DNA from: a candidate division WOR-3 bacterium
GTDB lineage: Bacteria; Hydrothermota; Tepidihabitantia; Tepidihabitantales; Tepidihabitantaceae
DNA length: 64,000 bases
Direction: 5' to 3'
NCBI GenBank assembly: GCA_965649225.1
Contig: CBFGJX010000004.1
Location: 22,230-86,229, forward strand
Below, piece after piece: positions 55,764 through 64,000 of the stretch (its first letter is position 1; every line of letters begins with the position of its first letter). The notes beneath the pieces were generated by a model that saw nothing but the letters and a program-made list of their open reading frames with translations, was not told the DNA's origin and ran no database searches. Position numbers and translations under genes: made by a program.

Positions 55764-55901
55764 GTGATGCGCAAGGTCGCTTTTGTCTTGCTGGCAGCGG
55801 TCGGCGTAGTACTGGTGGTGATGGGCATTGCCAAGGGCGACCCGGAGACCATTCACCGATTCGCGGCCCAGATATGACTTTCCTGTATGGGCCTCGTGTA
55901 G
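55764..55901 (+). CDS. Small membrane-anchored UxxC selenoprotein (CD1871A-like)
   Basis: SD AAGGAG; (M)MRKVAFVLLAAVGVVLVVMGIAKGDPETIHRFAAQI-TGA-LSCMGLV; hairpin at 55890-55904. Confidence 0.78.
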
Positions 55902-55929
55902 GCCGGCAAAGACTCACAACCAATTGACA

Positions 55930-57558
55930 ATGAACGAACAGCCTGAAAAGAAACCGCCGGTGCGTGGCGACATTTCAGCCCGCTCGCGCTGGACGGCATT
56001 TGCCGCCATTGCCGTTGGCGCAACCGTTGTGGCGGGTTTGCTGAAGACGCTGGCGGGGTTTGACTGGGGGGTGTTCGGATTCGGCTGGACCGGGGCGCTG
56101 GGACTGGCGCTGTTTTTGGCTCTGTATCTTGGTCGGCCCACACCAGCGCGGCGCTGGGCTGCCTTCGGTGTCATCGGTCTGGTGGGAGTAATCGCGGCGC
56201 TGTGGCTGATTGTCGGCGCCGGACTTCCAGAGTTGAAAGTGGTGCTGTATGGACTGGTGCCATTTCTGCTGGTGATGCTGGGGGCGGTGGTGTTTGTCCG
56301 GCGGCGCGTTGCACCCCATAGGGTTGTGCAGATTATCGCCTTTGTTCTGCTCAATGGTTTTATCCTTGCCTATCTGCAAGGCACGGTCATTTACCAAGGG
56401 TTTTTCAAGTACACGCTGCAGCCGATACTGAACTGCTACGGCGGGCCGCTGGCGGTGTTCGCCTGCCCGCTGGGGTCGCTGCAGCAGATAATCGGCATTC
56501 ATGCCCTGCCCTGGCTGCCACTGGGTGCGTTTCTTGTCGTTGGCGCTTTTGTTGGCCGCGCCGCCTGCGGCTGGGTCTGCCCGTTCGGACTCTGGCAGGA
56601 CCTTTTGAACAAAATCAGGATTGGGCAGCGGGCGGGCAGGAAGCGCTGGCTGTCTTTTGCGGTGGTGGCGGCGGTGGCCGGTGTCGTTGCGCTGTTGCTG
56701 GTGCTGCTGCTGCGACTGAGCTGGTGGCGGGTGCTGCTGCTGGGATGGCTGCCGTTTGTGCTGCTGGTACTGTATGTGGTCCAGCGCGGCAAGCTTGACA
56801 TTCCCGCGCGAGCCTGGGTCGGCGGAGTAATCGCCGCACTGGGGCTGGGGATACTGATCTGGTTTCGCCTCGGGCCGCAGTTCGGGGTGGTGGCGGTGGC
56901 AGTCGGAATGCTTCTTCTCGGCCTGACCGGTCGCTGGCTTGGCGCCGGGCTGGCGGCGGCGACGGCACTGCTGGTCGGCTGGCTGGGTGGTTCGACGCCA
57001 CTGTTTTTCGGACTTTCCGGCGTTGCACTCGGCTTGGTCCTGGCCGGGGTGGCACTGGTGCTGGTGCTGGTGCTCGATGTCGTTCTGCGGCTCAGCCTGC
57101 CGGCAACGTGGCTGAAGTTTGGTTATCTTGTTGTCGTCGCCGGCATTGCGGCCTGGTTCACGGCCGAGCCATGGTTCTGCAAGCTCTGCCCGCAGGGCAC
57201 GCTCGGAGCGGGGATTCCCCTGGTGCTCTGGGACCCGGTCAACTCGCTGCGCGGACTGGTCGGCTGGTTGTACTGGGTCAAGATTGCCATCCTGCTGCTG
57301 GCAGTGGTTGCGGCGATCAGCATCAGGCGTCCGTTCTGCCGTCTGGTCTGTCCGATTGGAGCAATCTACGGTCTGACCAACAAGGCCAGTCTGCTGCGGC
57401 TTCGGCTCGAAAAGTCGAGCTGCATCGATTGCGGCCGCTGTCAGCGGGTCTGCCCGATGGACATCGAGCCGCACCGCGGGCCAAATCAAGCCGAGTGCAT
57501 CCGTTGCTTCGAATGTGCCTGGGCGTGTCCCAAGTCTTCACTGCGGCCAGGTGTCTAG
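55930..57558 (+). CDS. NapH/MauN/YccM-like membrane polyferredoxin
   Basis: 'GRAACGWVCPFG', 'FCKLCPQG', 'PFCRLVCPIGA', 'CIDCGRCQRVCP', 'CIRCFECAWACP'; many TM helices. Confidence 0.88.
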   Translation: MNEQPEKKPPVRGDISARSRWTAFAAIAVGATVVAGLLKTLAGFDWGVFGFGWTGALGLALFLALYLGRPTPARRWAAFGVIGLVGVIAALWLIVGAGLPELKVVLYGLVPFLLVMLGAVVFVRRRVAPHRVVQIIAFVLLNGFILAYLQGTVIYQGFFKYTLQPILNCYGGPLAVFACPLGSLQQIIGIHALPWLPLGAFLVVGAFVGRAACGWVCPFGLWQDLLNKIRIGQRAGRKRWLSFAVVAAVAGVVALLLVLLLRLSWWRVLLLGWLPFVLLVLYVVQRGKLDIPARAWVGGVIAALGLGILIWFRLGPQFGVVAVAVGMLLLGLTGRWLGAGLAAATALLVGWLGGSTPLFFGLSGVALGLVLAGVALVLVLVLDVVLRLSLPATWLKFGYLVVVAGIAAWFTAEPWFCKLCPQGTLGAGIPLVLWDPVNSLRGLVGWLYWVKIAILLLAVVAAISIRRPFCRLVCPIGAIYGLTNKASLLRLRLEKSSCIDCGRCQRVCPMDIEPHRGPNQAECIRCFECAWACPKSSLRPGV

Positions 57559-58459
57559 CGATTCTGGCAGGGTGCGCAAGCCGGAATGGCTCAGGGCAAA
57601 GCTGGCCGGAGGGGCCGGCTTCGAGCGAGTCAATGACCGACTGAACCGGCTCGGTCTCAATACCGTCTGCAGTCACGCCCGTTGCCCGAATCTGACCGAA
57701 TGCTGGAATGCCGGTACCGCAACTTTCCTTGTCTTGGGCGATGTCTGCACGCGGCATTGCGGGTTCTGCTCGGTTCGGAGTGGCAATCCCCACGGTGTCG
57801 TTGACAGTTCCGAGCCCGCCCGGGTCGCCGAGGCGGTCGTTCAGCTTGGCCTCAGGTACGCGGTTGTAACTTCGGTTGACCGCGACGACCTGCCGGACCT
57901 CGGGGCTGGCATTTTTGCCGCAACGGTGCAGGCCGTGCATCGCATCGGTGCGGCGGTTGAGGTATTGACGCCGGATTTCGGCGGTCGCAGCGAGCTGATT
58001 GAGACTGTAGTTCTGTCCGAACCGGAGGTTTTTGCCCACAATCTTGAAACGGTCGAACGACTGTCACCGGAAGTGCGTGACCGGCGGGCGTCCTATCGGA
58101 AGTCGCTTGCAGTACTGGAAACAGTCAAGCGGCTGAATCCGACCCAGCTGACCAAGAGTGGTTTGATGCTGGGGCTGGGTGAGAACGAGGATGATGTCGA
58201 AGCGGCGTTGCGTGACCTGCGGGCGGTCGGCTGCGATGTTGTTACAATCGGGCAGTACCTTCAGCCTGACCGGCGCTGTCTGCCGGTTGTGCGCTATGTT
58301 GAGCCGAGCGAGTTTGAGCATTGGGAACAACGGGCAAGGGACCTGGGATTCGGAATGGCGTTCTGCGGCCCGCTGGTCAGAAGCTCGTACCGGGCGGCAG
58401 AAGTTGCACGGCAGGGGTCGGAGACAGGCAGCTGCGGGTCGCAGAGAGCGCCGCAATGA
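57551..58459 (+). CDS. lipA: Lipoyl synthase
   Basis: 'KPEWL', 'CSHARCPNLTEC', 'CTRHCGFC', 'VRSSY'. Confidence 0.95.
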   Translation: MSSDSGRVRKPEWLRAKLAGGAGFERVNDRLNRLGLNTVCSHARCPNLTECWNAGTATFLVLGDVCTRHCGFCSVRSGNPHGVVDSSEPARVAEAVVQLGLRYAVVTSVDRDDLPDLGAGIFAATVQAVHRIGAAVEVLTPDFGGRSELIETVVLSEPEVFAHNLETVERLSPEVRDRRASYRKSLAVLETVKRLNPTQLTKSGLMLGLGENEDDVEAALRDLRAVGCDVVTIGQYLQPDRRCLPVVRYVEPSEFEHWEQRARDLGFGMAFCGPLVRSSYRAAEVARQGSETGSCGSQRAPQ

Positions 58460-59910
58460 GAAGTGAGTGGCGGGACCGGCAGACCGGCGGACTGCACAAC
58501 GCCGGCGCGGTTGACGATTCGGCTGCTGCACCAGTCCGTCCGGCACTGTCGGAACGGCAGATTACCCGCGGGCTGCGTGTTTCCATCGCCGAGGGGGCGT
58601 TCGCCACCCTGTACATGACGCTGGTGGGGGGAATGTTCGTCAACGGTCTCGCCTTGGCGGTTGGCGCAGGACATTTCGAGATCGCGCTGTTGACCGCCAT
58701 ACCGGCATTGGCAACCGGATTCGGATTCGTGTCCGGGTATCTGGTTCGAACGATCGGGTCGCGGCGCCGGCTGGTGCTGTGGACTGCCGGGGTCGGCCGG
58801 TCGGTTTTCGTACTGCTGGTACCGTTTCTGCTCACCCAGACCGGATTCGGCGCCGAGACGCTTCTGTGGGTTGTGGCGGTTTCCAGCGTGCTGATGACGA
58901 TTGCCGGTACAACCTGGACTTCATGGATGAGCGACCTGGTTCCGGAGGATCGGCGCGGCCGGTTTTTCGGTCTACGCAACGCCATCCTTGGCATCGTCGG
59001 AGTCACGGCGGCCTATTCTGCCGGACGAGCACTCGACTGGTTCAAGCTCCAGGACAAGGAATTGCTGGCGTTCGGTCTTGCCTTCGCGCTGGCGGTGGTT
59101 TTCGGCGGTATTTCCACTCTGCTGCTCTCGCGGCAGCCGGAGCCGCCGCTCCCGGCGCGGCCGATGGCGTCGCTGCGCGAGCTGCTTTTCGGCCCGCTGA
59201 GCGAGCCGCAGTTCCGGCGGCTGATGAAATTTGCGGCGGTCTGGTATCTTACCGGTACGCTGGGTTCGCCGTTCTACATTGCTCATCTGATTACCAACCT
59301 GAAATTCTCCTACGCCGCGATCGGCGTGTACTCGATGATTGGCGGGATCACCGGGCTGGTGTTCCATCTGTTCTGGGGCCGGGTGATTGACCGGTTCGGC
59401 GCGCGGCCGGTGACGATTATCAATTTTGCGCTGGTCGGCGTCATGCCGCTGTTGTGGGTGTTTGCCACGCCGGAGTTCCGGTTGCCGATCTGGATTGATG
59501 CGGTGATGAACGGAGTCGTATGGTCGGGCGCGAGCCTGGGTCTGTGGAACCTGCTGCTCGAACTGGCCGACAACCCGCGGCGCAAGGAGAGTTACTTTGC
59601 GCTTCATTCGGTAGTGACAGGACTGGGGGCTTTTGCGGCCTCGCTGATTGCCGGTGCCGGTGCCCAGGCGCTGAACGGACTGGAACTGCGGATTGGGACC
59701 AGCACTTTCGTCAATTATCATTTGATGTTCCTGCTGGCGGGGATAGCACGTTTCGCCGCCCTGCCGTTGCTGGTTCGAGTTCAGGAACGCGGGGCCACCG
59801 GGGTGCGCCATACGATGCGGGTGCTGACGTCGTATGCAATCTGGCGGCTCAACTCGGGCAAGACATTCGTTCTCGATGCTCTTGGGCTCCGGCCGCGCGA
59901 TGCCGATTGA
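58456..59910 (+). CDS. MFS transporter
   Basis: About 12 TM helices, 'WMSDLVPEDRRGRFFG', 'WGRVIDRFG'. Confidence 0.88.
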   Translation: MRSEWRDRQTGGLHNAGAVDDSAAAPVRPALSERQITRGLRVSIAEGAFATLYMTLVGGMFVNGLALAVGAGHFEIALLTAIPALATGFGFVSGYLVRTIGSRRRLVLWTAGVGRSVFVLLVPFLLTQTGFGAETLLWVVAVSSVLMTIAGTTWTSWMSDLVPEDRRGRFFGLRNAILGIVGVTAAYSAGRALDWFKLQDKELLAFGLAFALAVVFGGISTLLLSRQPEPPLPARPMASLRELLFGPLSEPQFRRLMKFAAVWYLTGTLGSPFYIAHLITNLKFSYAAIGVYSMIGGITGLVFHLFWGRVIDRFGARPVTIINFALVGVMPLLWVFATPEFRLPIWIDAVMNGVVWSGASLGLWNLLLELADNPRRKESYFALHSVVTGLGAFAASLIAGAGAQALNGLELRIGTSTFVNYHLMFLLAGIARFAALPLLVRVQERGATGVRHTMRVLTSYAIWRLNSGKTFVLDALGLRPRDAD

Positions 59911-59919
59911 GGACCTCGG

Positions 59920-59947
59920 TTGACGCCCGACGGTCGCGGACTAGAAT
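59920..59947 (+). promoter_or_regulatory. Promoter TTGACG-16-TAGAAT
   Basis: Upstream of SD AAAGGAGG and ATG 59977. Confidence 0.7.
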
Positions 59948-59976
59948 AGGGTGAACAGAATCCGAAAGGAGGTTCG

Positions 59977-61008
59977 ATGACCAAAAAAACGGTACTGACG
60001 TTGCTTGTTGCGGCAGCGCTGGTGATGGCCTTTGACCGCGTCGTCTTTGTCGAAGAGGCCTATCAGGAAGGCTGAGGAAGCTGTGCTTTGGCCAGCCGTG
60101 CGCTGGACCAGATACTCATCGATTACGCCGGCTATGCGGTCGGCGTTGAGTGGCACATCAGCTCTGCCTATCCTTTGTACAACGCTGAAGGCCGCAGCAA
60201 AATGTACTCCTACCCGCCGCCCTACAACGGCGGCTATGCCACGCCCTGGGCATGGATCGACGGCCGTAACGCGACTTACTACTACAACGGCTGGGCCGGG
60301 TATGTTTCTCAGCGGATGCTGCAGCCGACTGATGTCCGGCTGAACATCACCGGTACGTACAATCCGTCTTCGCGCCAAGGTACGGTTCAGGCAGTGTTCT
60401 ATAACAGCGGGGTGACTGCCGTCAGCGGCAGGTGCCACATGGTGGTAACCGAGGACAGCTTGTACTATGCCGGGCCGAATGGCGACCCCTGGCACAATCA
60501 TGTCTGCCGCGACTACCTGCCGGATCATCTCGGCACGCCGATCACGATCCCGGCCGGCGGTTACGACACGGTGGTTCAGAACTTCACCCTGCAGCCTGGC
60601 TGGGTCGAGCGAATGTGCAAGGTCGTGGTCTACGCGCAGGACCCGGCCGTGCACCCGGACAGCGGTTATGGCGGCATTCAGGCCGGGCAGATTGCAGTTC
60701 TCGGTCTCACCGGCATCAGTGAGCCGCGTGTGCCGACGTCTTTCTATCAGGGCATTGCAGCCGAGGTTGCCCCGAATCCGTGTCGGGACCGGGCCGCATT
60801 TCGCTTTGCCGCTCCAGTCGGGCAGAGTTTCCGTCTTGGCGTCTATCGCCCGGACGGAACGCTGGTCGAGAAGCATGAGGGTGTCAGCCGGAGTGGCTGG
60901 ACACAGTTCAACTGGCGGCGCAGCGCCGGGTTGCCGGGTGGGGTCTACACCTGGCGACTTGAGTGTGGCAGTGCCGTCCGGACCGGCAAGTTGATTGTGA
61001 ACGACTAA
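59977..61008 (+). CDS. Secreted Omp28-like thioredoxin-fold protein with CTD/FlgD-like tail, predicted selenoprotein (Sec33, UGSC)
   Basis: SD AGGAGG; signal peptide; 'RVVFVEEAYQEG-TGA-GSC'; 'YATPWAWIDG', 'VVTEDS', 'HNHVCRD'; hairpin at 60089-60110. Confidence 0.85.
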
Positions 61009-61029
61009 TCCAAGCCAGGCTTTTGGTTA

Positions 61030-61062
61030 TCGGGGCGGGCGTCGGGCCCGCCCCGACCTTTT
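61030..61062 (+). terminator. Intrinsic terminator
   Basis: tcggggcgggc-gtcgg-gcccgccccga followed by cctttt. Confidence 0.7.
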
Positions 61063-61085
61063 GAGCGGAGGCAGTGGCCGGTGGG

Positions 61086-61115
61086 TTGACACCGGCAGCG
61101 GGCAGCAAATATAAT
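61086..61115 (+). promoter_or_regulatory. Promoter TTGACA-18-TATAAT for the fibre-like genes
   Basis: Perfect hexamers downstream of the terminator. Confidence 0.6.
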
Positions 61116-61192
61116 TCGGCAGGACTGGGAGAGGGAGAAGCGAGTCGAAGCAGTCATTGTCCGAAAAGGGTGAAGATGGACGGGAGGTGGTC

Positions 61193-63570
61193 ATGGACCG
61201 CTGCAAACTGCTTCTGGGGCTTGTGATACTCGGCAGTTTCAGTCTGTCTACGGAGGATGCGGCTTCCAGCCGCAGCGAGGTCGTCATCCAGCAGCCAGCA
61301 TCAAGCGAGGTCGTTACCATTCCGCGGATGCTATCGTACCAGGGCAAGCTGACCGACAACTCGGGCAACGCGGTGCCGGACACGACCTACTCGGTTGCGT
61401 TTCGGCTCTACACCGTGCCCTCAGGCGGCAGTGCGTTCTGGAACGAGACGCAGACCGTGCGGACCAGGTCGGGGCTGTTCTCGGTTCTGCTTGGCTCGGT
61501 GACGCCGATCGGTTCGATGCCGGATGCCGGGGCGGTGTATCTGGGCATGGCAGTTGCGGGTGGGGCCGAGCTGACCCCGCGCCTGCGCATCGCCAGCGCG
61601 GCCTATGCCTACCTGACTGAGCGGGCGGCGAACGCCGACCTGCTGCAGGGCCGGGACACGACGACTTTCTCGCGCGCGGGCCACAATCACGATGCAACGT
61701 ATGTAAACGAGGGTCAGGCTGACGCCATTACCAGCGGGATGATCGTCAACGGCACGATTGCGGCCGCGGACCTCGGGCAGATGGGCGCCGTGACCGGTCA
61801 GGTGCTGAAGTGGACCGGCAGTGCCTGGGCGCCGCGCAATGACAGCGTCGGCGGCGGCGGAACCGGCGACAATGCCTGGGTACGGATTGGGGCGGACAGC
61901 GTGCTCTACACGATTCGCCGCCTGGGCGTCGCCCGGGGAGGCGCCAATAACATGCTCCACGGTGGAGATGCGTACACCCATGTGAACTTCGGTAACGCGT
62001 GCACCACCGGTGCCTCTGGTCAGAATCGTGCATACTGCGTGGTTGCTGGCGGCGAGGGTAATGTGGCAGGTGCGAGCTGGACTACCGTGGGGGGCGGGTC
62101 CTACAATCGGGCGACGGGTGCAAACGCCACTGTTGCTGGCGGTGCAGCAAATCAGGCGACTCTGTCAGCAGGGACTGTGAGCGGCGGTGCGAATAACCGT
62201 GCCACTGGTCAGTATGCGACTGTTGCCGGTGGGTCAGCCAACACTGCCAGCGGTGCGTATGCCGGCGTGGCTGGCGGCAATGCCAATGTTGCCTCCGGCT
62301 ACTGTGCGGTTGTTGTCGGTGGCGAGTCAGACACCGCGGTCGGGTTCCGCGCTGCGGCGTTATCGGGTTACGCTAATAAGGCAGGCGACGCCATTGGGGA
62401 TACCGGGGCGGTGGTCTGCGGTGGCGACAGCAACCAGGCGACAGGCATGAGATCCTTCATTGGAGGAGGCAGGCGGAACTCTGCCGCAGGTGACAAGGCG
62501 GTAGTTTGTTGTGGCAGCGATAACGAGGCCCCAAATTATCTTTCGATTGTGGTGGGCGGAGCCGGAAACATAGCTTCTGGCAGAGCGTCATTTGTCGGCG
62601 GTGGTTTCGACAACTACGCTTCCAACCTCTGCGGAGCAGTGCTGGGGGGCAGTACAACCGTGCAGATGGTGGATGTGCAGTTTGCGTAGGCGGGGCCGGG
62701 AATGACGCCCGAGGTCACACATCAACCGTGGTCGGCGGCTCAGGCAATGAAGCTGACAGCGAATACACCTTCGTTGGCGGCGGCACGGTGAATCATGCAG
62801 CGGGGCGATATGCAGTCGTTACCGGAGGAGGCAACAACACTGCCGTTGCCATCCGTGCGACTATCGGTGGCGGTCAGCTCAACCACGCGAGCGGAGGCAA
62901 CTCCACAATCCCTGGGGGCTACGCTGATACCGTGCTGGCAGTGGATGGCTTTGCCGGCAACGGCTACTGCCACGTGCTGGCTGGTCACAACAACTCGGCC
63001 GCGTTCAATGGTCAGACCACGACCGCTTCCAACCAGACACGAGTCGGCACTCTCTCCAAGGCCTCAGGAACGTTCACGATTGACCATCCGCTTGACCCGT
63101 ACGGCAAGATTCTCAACCACTACTTCATTGAAGGGCCGGAGATGCTCAACGTCTATCGCGGCAGCGTTGTCCTCGATGCGGCGGGCAAGGCCGAGGTCAG
63201 GTTGCCGGACTACTTCGCTGCGTTGAATCGAAATCCCCAGGTCCAGCTCACCGGTGTCGGCACATACGAAGTTTATGCTGCCGAGGAGGTCAGCGGCAAT
63301 CGGTTTGTCATCGGCGGCCGGCCGGGTATCAAGGTCTTCTGGACCGTGACCGGCGAGCGAAAGGATGTTGCGGCTGAAGTGACAAGACGGATGATACCGG
63401 TCGAGCAAGCCAAGACCGGTGGGCTTGAGGGCAGGATGCTGGACGACGATTTTCTGGCCGGTTGTATGGACCAGCTGGTGCGCGAAGGTAAGGCAGACGG
63501 CATTGAATTCCGTACTGCCGAGGGTCGAGCCAAATACGAGAGGATGAAGCAGGTAACCGAGAGACAGTAG
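61193..63570 (+). pseudogene. Secreted Gly-rich beta-helical fibre/adhesin-like protein, frameshifted at the G6 tract 62644-62649
   Basis: 14-aa 'V.GG..N.A.G..A' repeats continue across ORFs 61193-62689 and 62728-63570 if one G is added; C-terminal 'SKASGTFTIDHPLDP' domain. Confidence 0.75.
61322..61601 (+). repeat. Direct repeat, copy 1 (copy 2 at 63721-64000, running to the window edge)
   Basis: 280 bp compared by eye: two mismatches (61333/63732 and 61487/63886), both synonymous. Confidence 0.92.
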
Positions 63571-63579
63571 GAGGAAATC

Positions 63580-64000
63580 ATGCGAACCAGAGTGGCAGTC
63601 CTGGCGCTGTCCATGCTGTGTTGCCTTGTTTGGGGCGCAGAGGATGTGGCAGCAACTTCGCAGGGAGCCGCAGGCCCCGCGCTGCAAGCCCCAGTTTTTG
63701 AAGGAGAGGCGGTTACGATTCCGCGGATGCTGTCGTACCAGGGCAAGCTGACCGACAACTCGGGCAACGCGGTGCCGGACACGACCTACTCGGTTGCGTT
63801 TCGGCTCTACACCGTGCCCTCAGGCGGCAGTGCGTTCTGGAACGAGACGCAGACCGTGCGGACCAGGTCGGGGCTGTTCTCGGTTTTGCTTGGCTCGGTG
63901 ACGCCGATCGGTTCGATGCCGGATGCCGGGGCGGTGTATCTGGGCATGGCAGTTGCGGGTGGGGCCGAGCTGACCCCGCGCCTGCGCATCGCCAGCGCGG
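63580..64000 (+). CDS. Paralogous secreted fibre-like protein (3'-truncated by window edge)
   Basis: SD GGAGG, signal peptide, 'TIPRMLSYQGKLTDNSG' identical to the upstream paralog. Confidence 0.8.
   Translation, partial: MRTRVAVLALSMLCCLVWGAEDVAATSQGAAGPALQAPVFEGEAVTIPRMLSYQGKLTDNSGNAVPDTTYSVAFRLYTVPSGGSAFWNETQTVRTRSGLFSVLLGSVTPIGSMPDAGAVYLGMAVAGGAELTPRLRIASA

Noticed and set aside
59954..59972. c-di-AMP (ydaO) riboswitch-like 'gaatccgaaagg'
   Set aside because: The leader is only about 25 nt; the motif is just the SD context of the 59977 gene
52917..61008. TGA reassigned genome-wide to Trp or Gly (code 4 or 25)
   Set aside because: Conserved genes (purN, nusG, rplK, rpoB) end at TGA in the expected place, often overlapping the next start; read-through TGAs occur only at CxxC positions
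61322..64000. Diversity-generating retroelement TR/VR pair
   Set aside because: Only two mismatches, both synonymous and not all at adenines; both copies are N-terminal coding sequence; no reverse transcriptase in the window

Overview
High-GC window from a diderm bacterium. Several secreted proteins end in FlgD-Ig/CTD-type domains, which suggests an FCB-related lineage such as WOR-3 (inference only). Core content: lolA-thioesterase-rimO-purN-oxidoreductase-lnt; four tRNAs, then tuf-rpmG-tRNA-Trp-secE-nusG-rplKAJL-rpoBC-rpsLG with no fusA; recJ; rnpB; smc-ftsY; lipA. Accessory content: a DpnA-like methyltransferase with a MutH-like nuclease, a C25 gingipain-like protease, MntR-ZupT, a cobalamin riboswitch with btuB, an orphan subunit/double-chaperone/secretin/beta-barrel operon, and tandem Gly-rich fibre-like genes, one frameshifted in a G6 tract. 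The main discovery is at 52.9-61.0 kb. Three genes broken or missed by the ORF track carry an in-frame TGA at the first position of a CxxC motif (UGYC, ULSC, UGSC), each followed by a SECIS-like hairpin. They cluster with a TlpA-type thioredoxin, a Cys-tailed outer-membrane barrel and a NapH-like polyferredoxin, suggesting a selenium-based trans-envelope redox relay. Also seen: at least 11 promoters with a 16-bp spacer, probable ATT and CTG start codons, and a tRNA-Trp overlapping the rpmG stop codon. All calls come from reading the sequence; no database searches were run.
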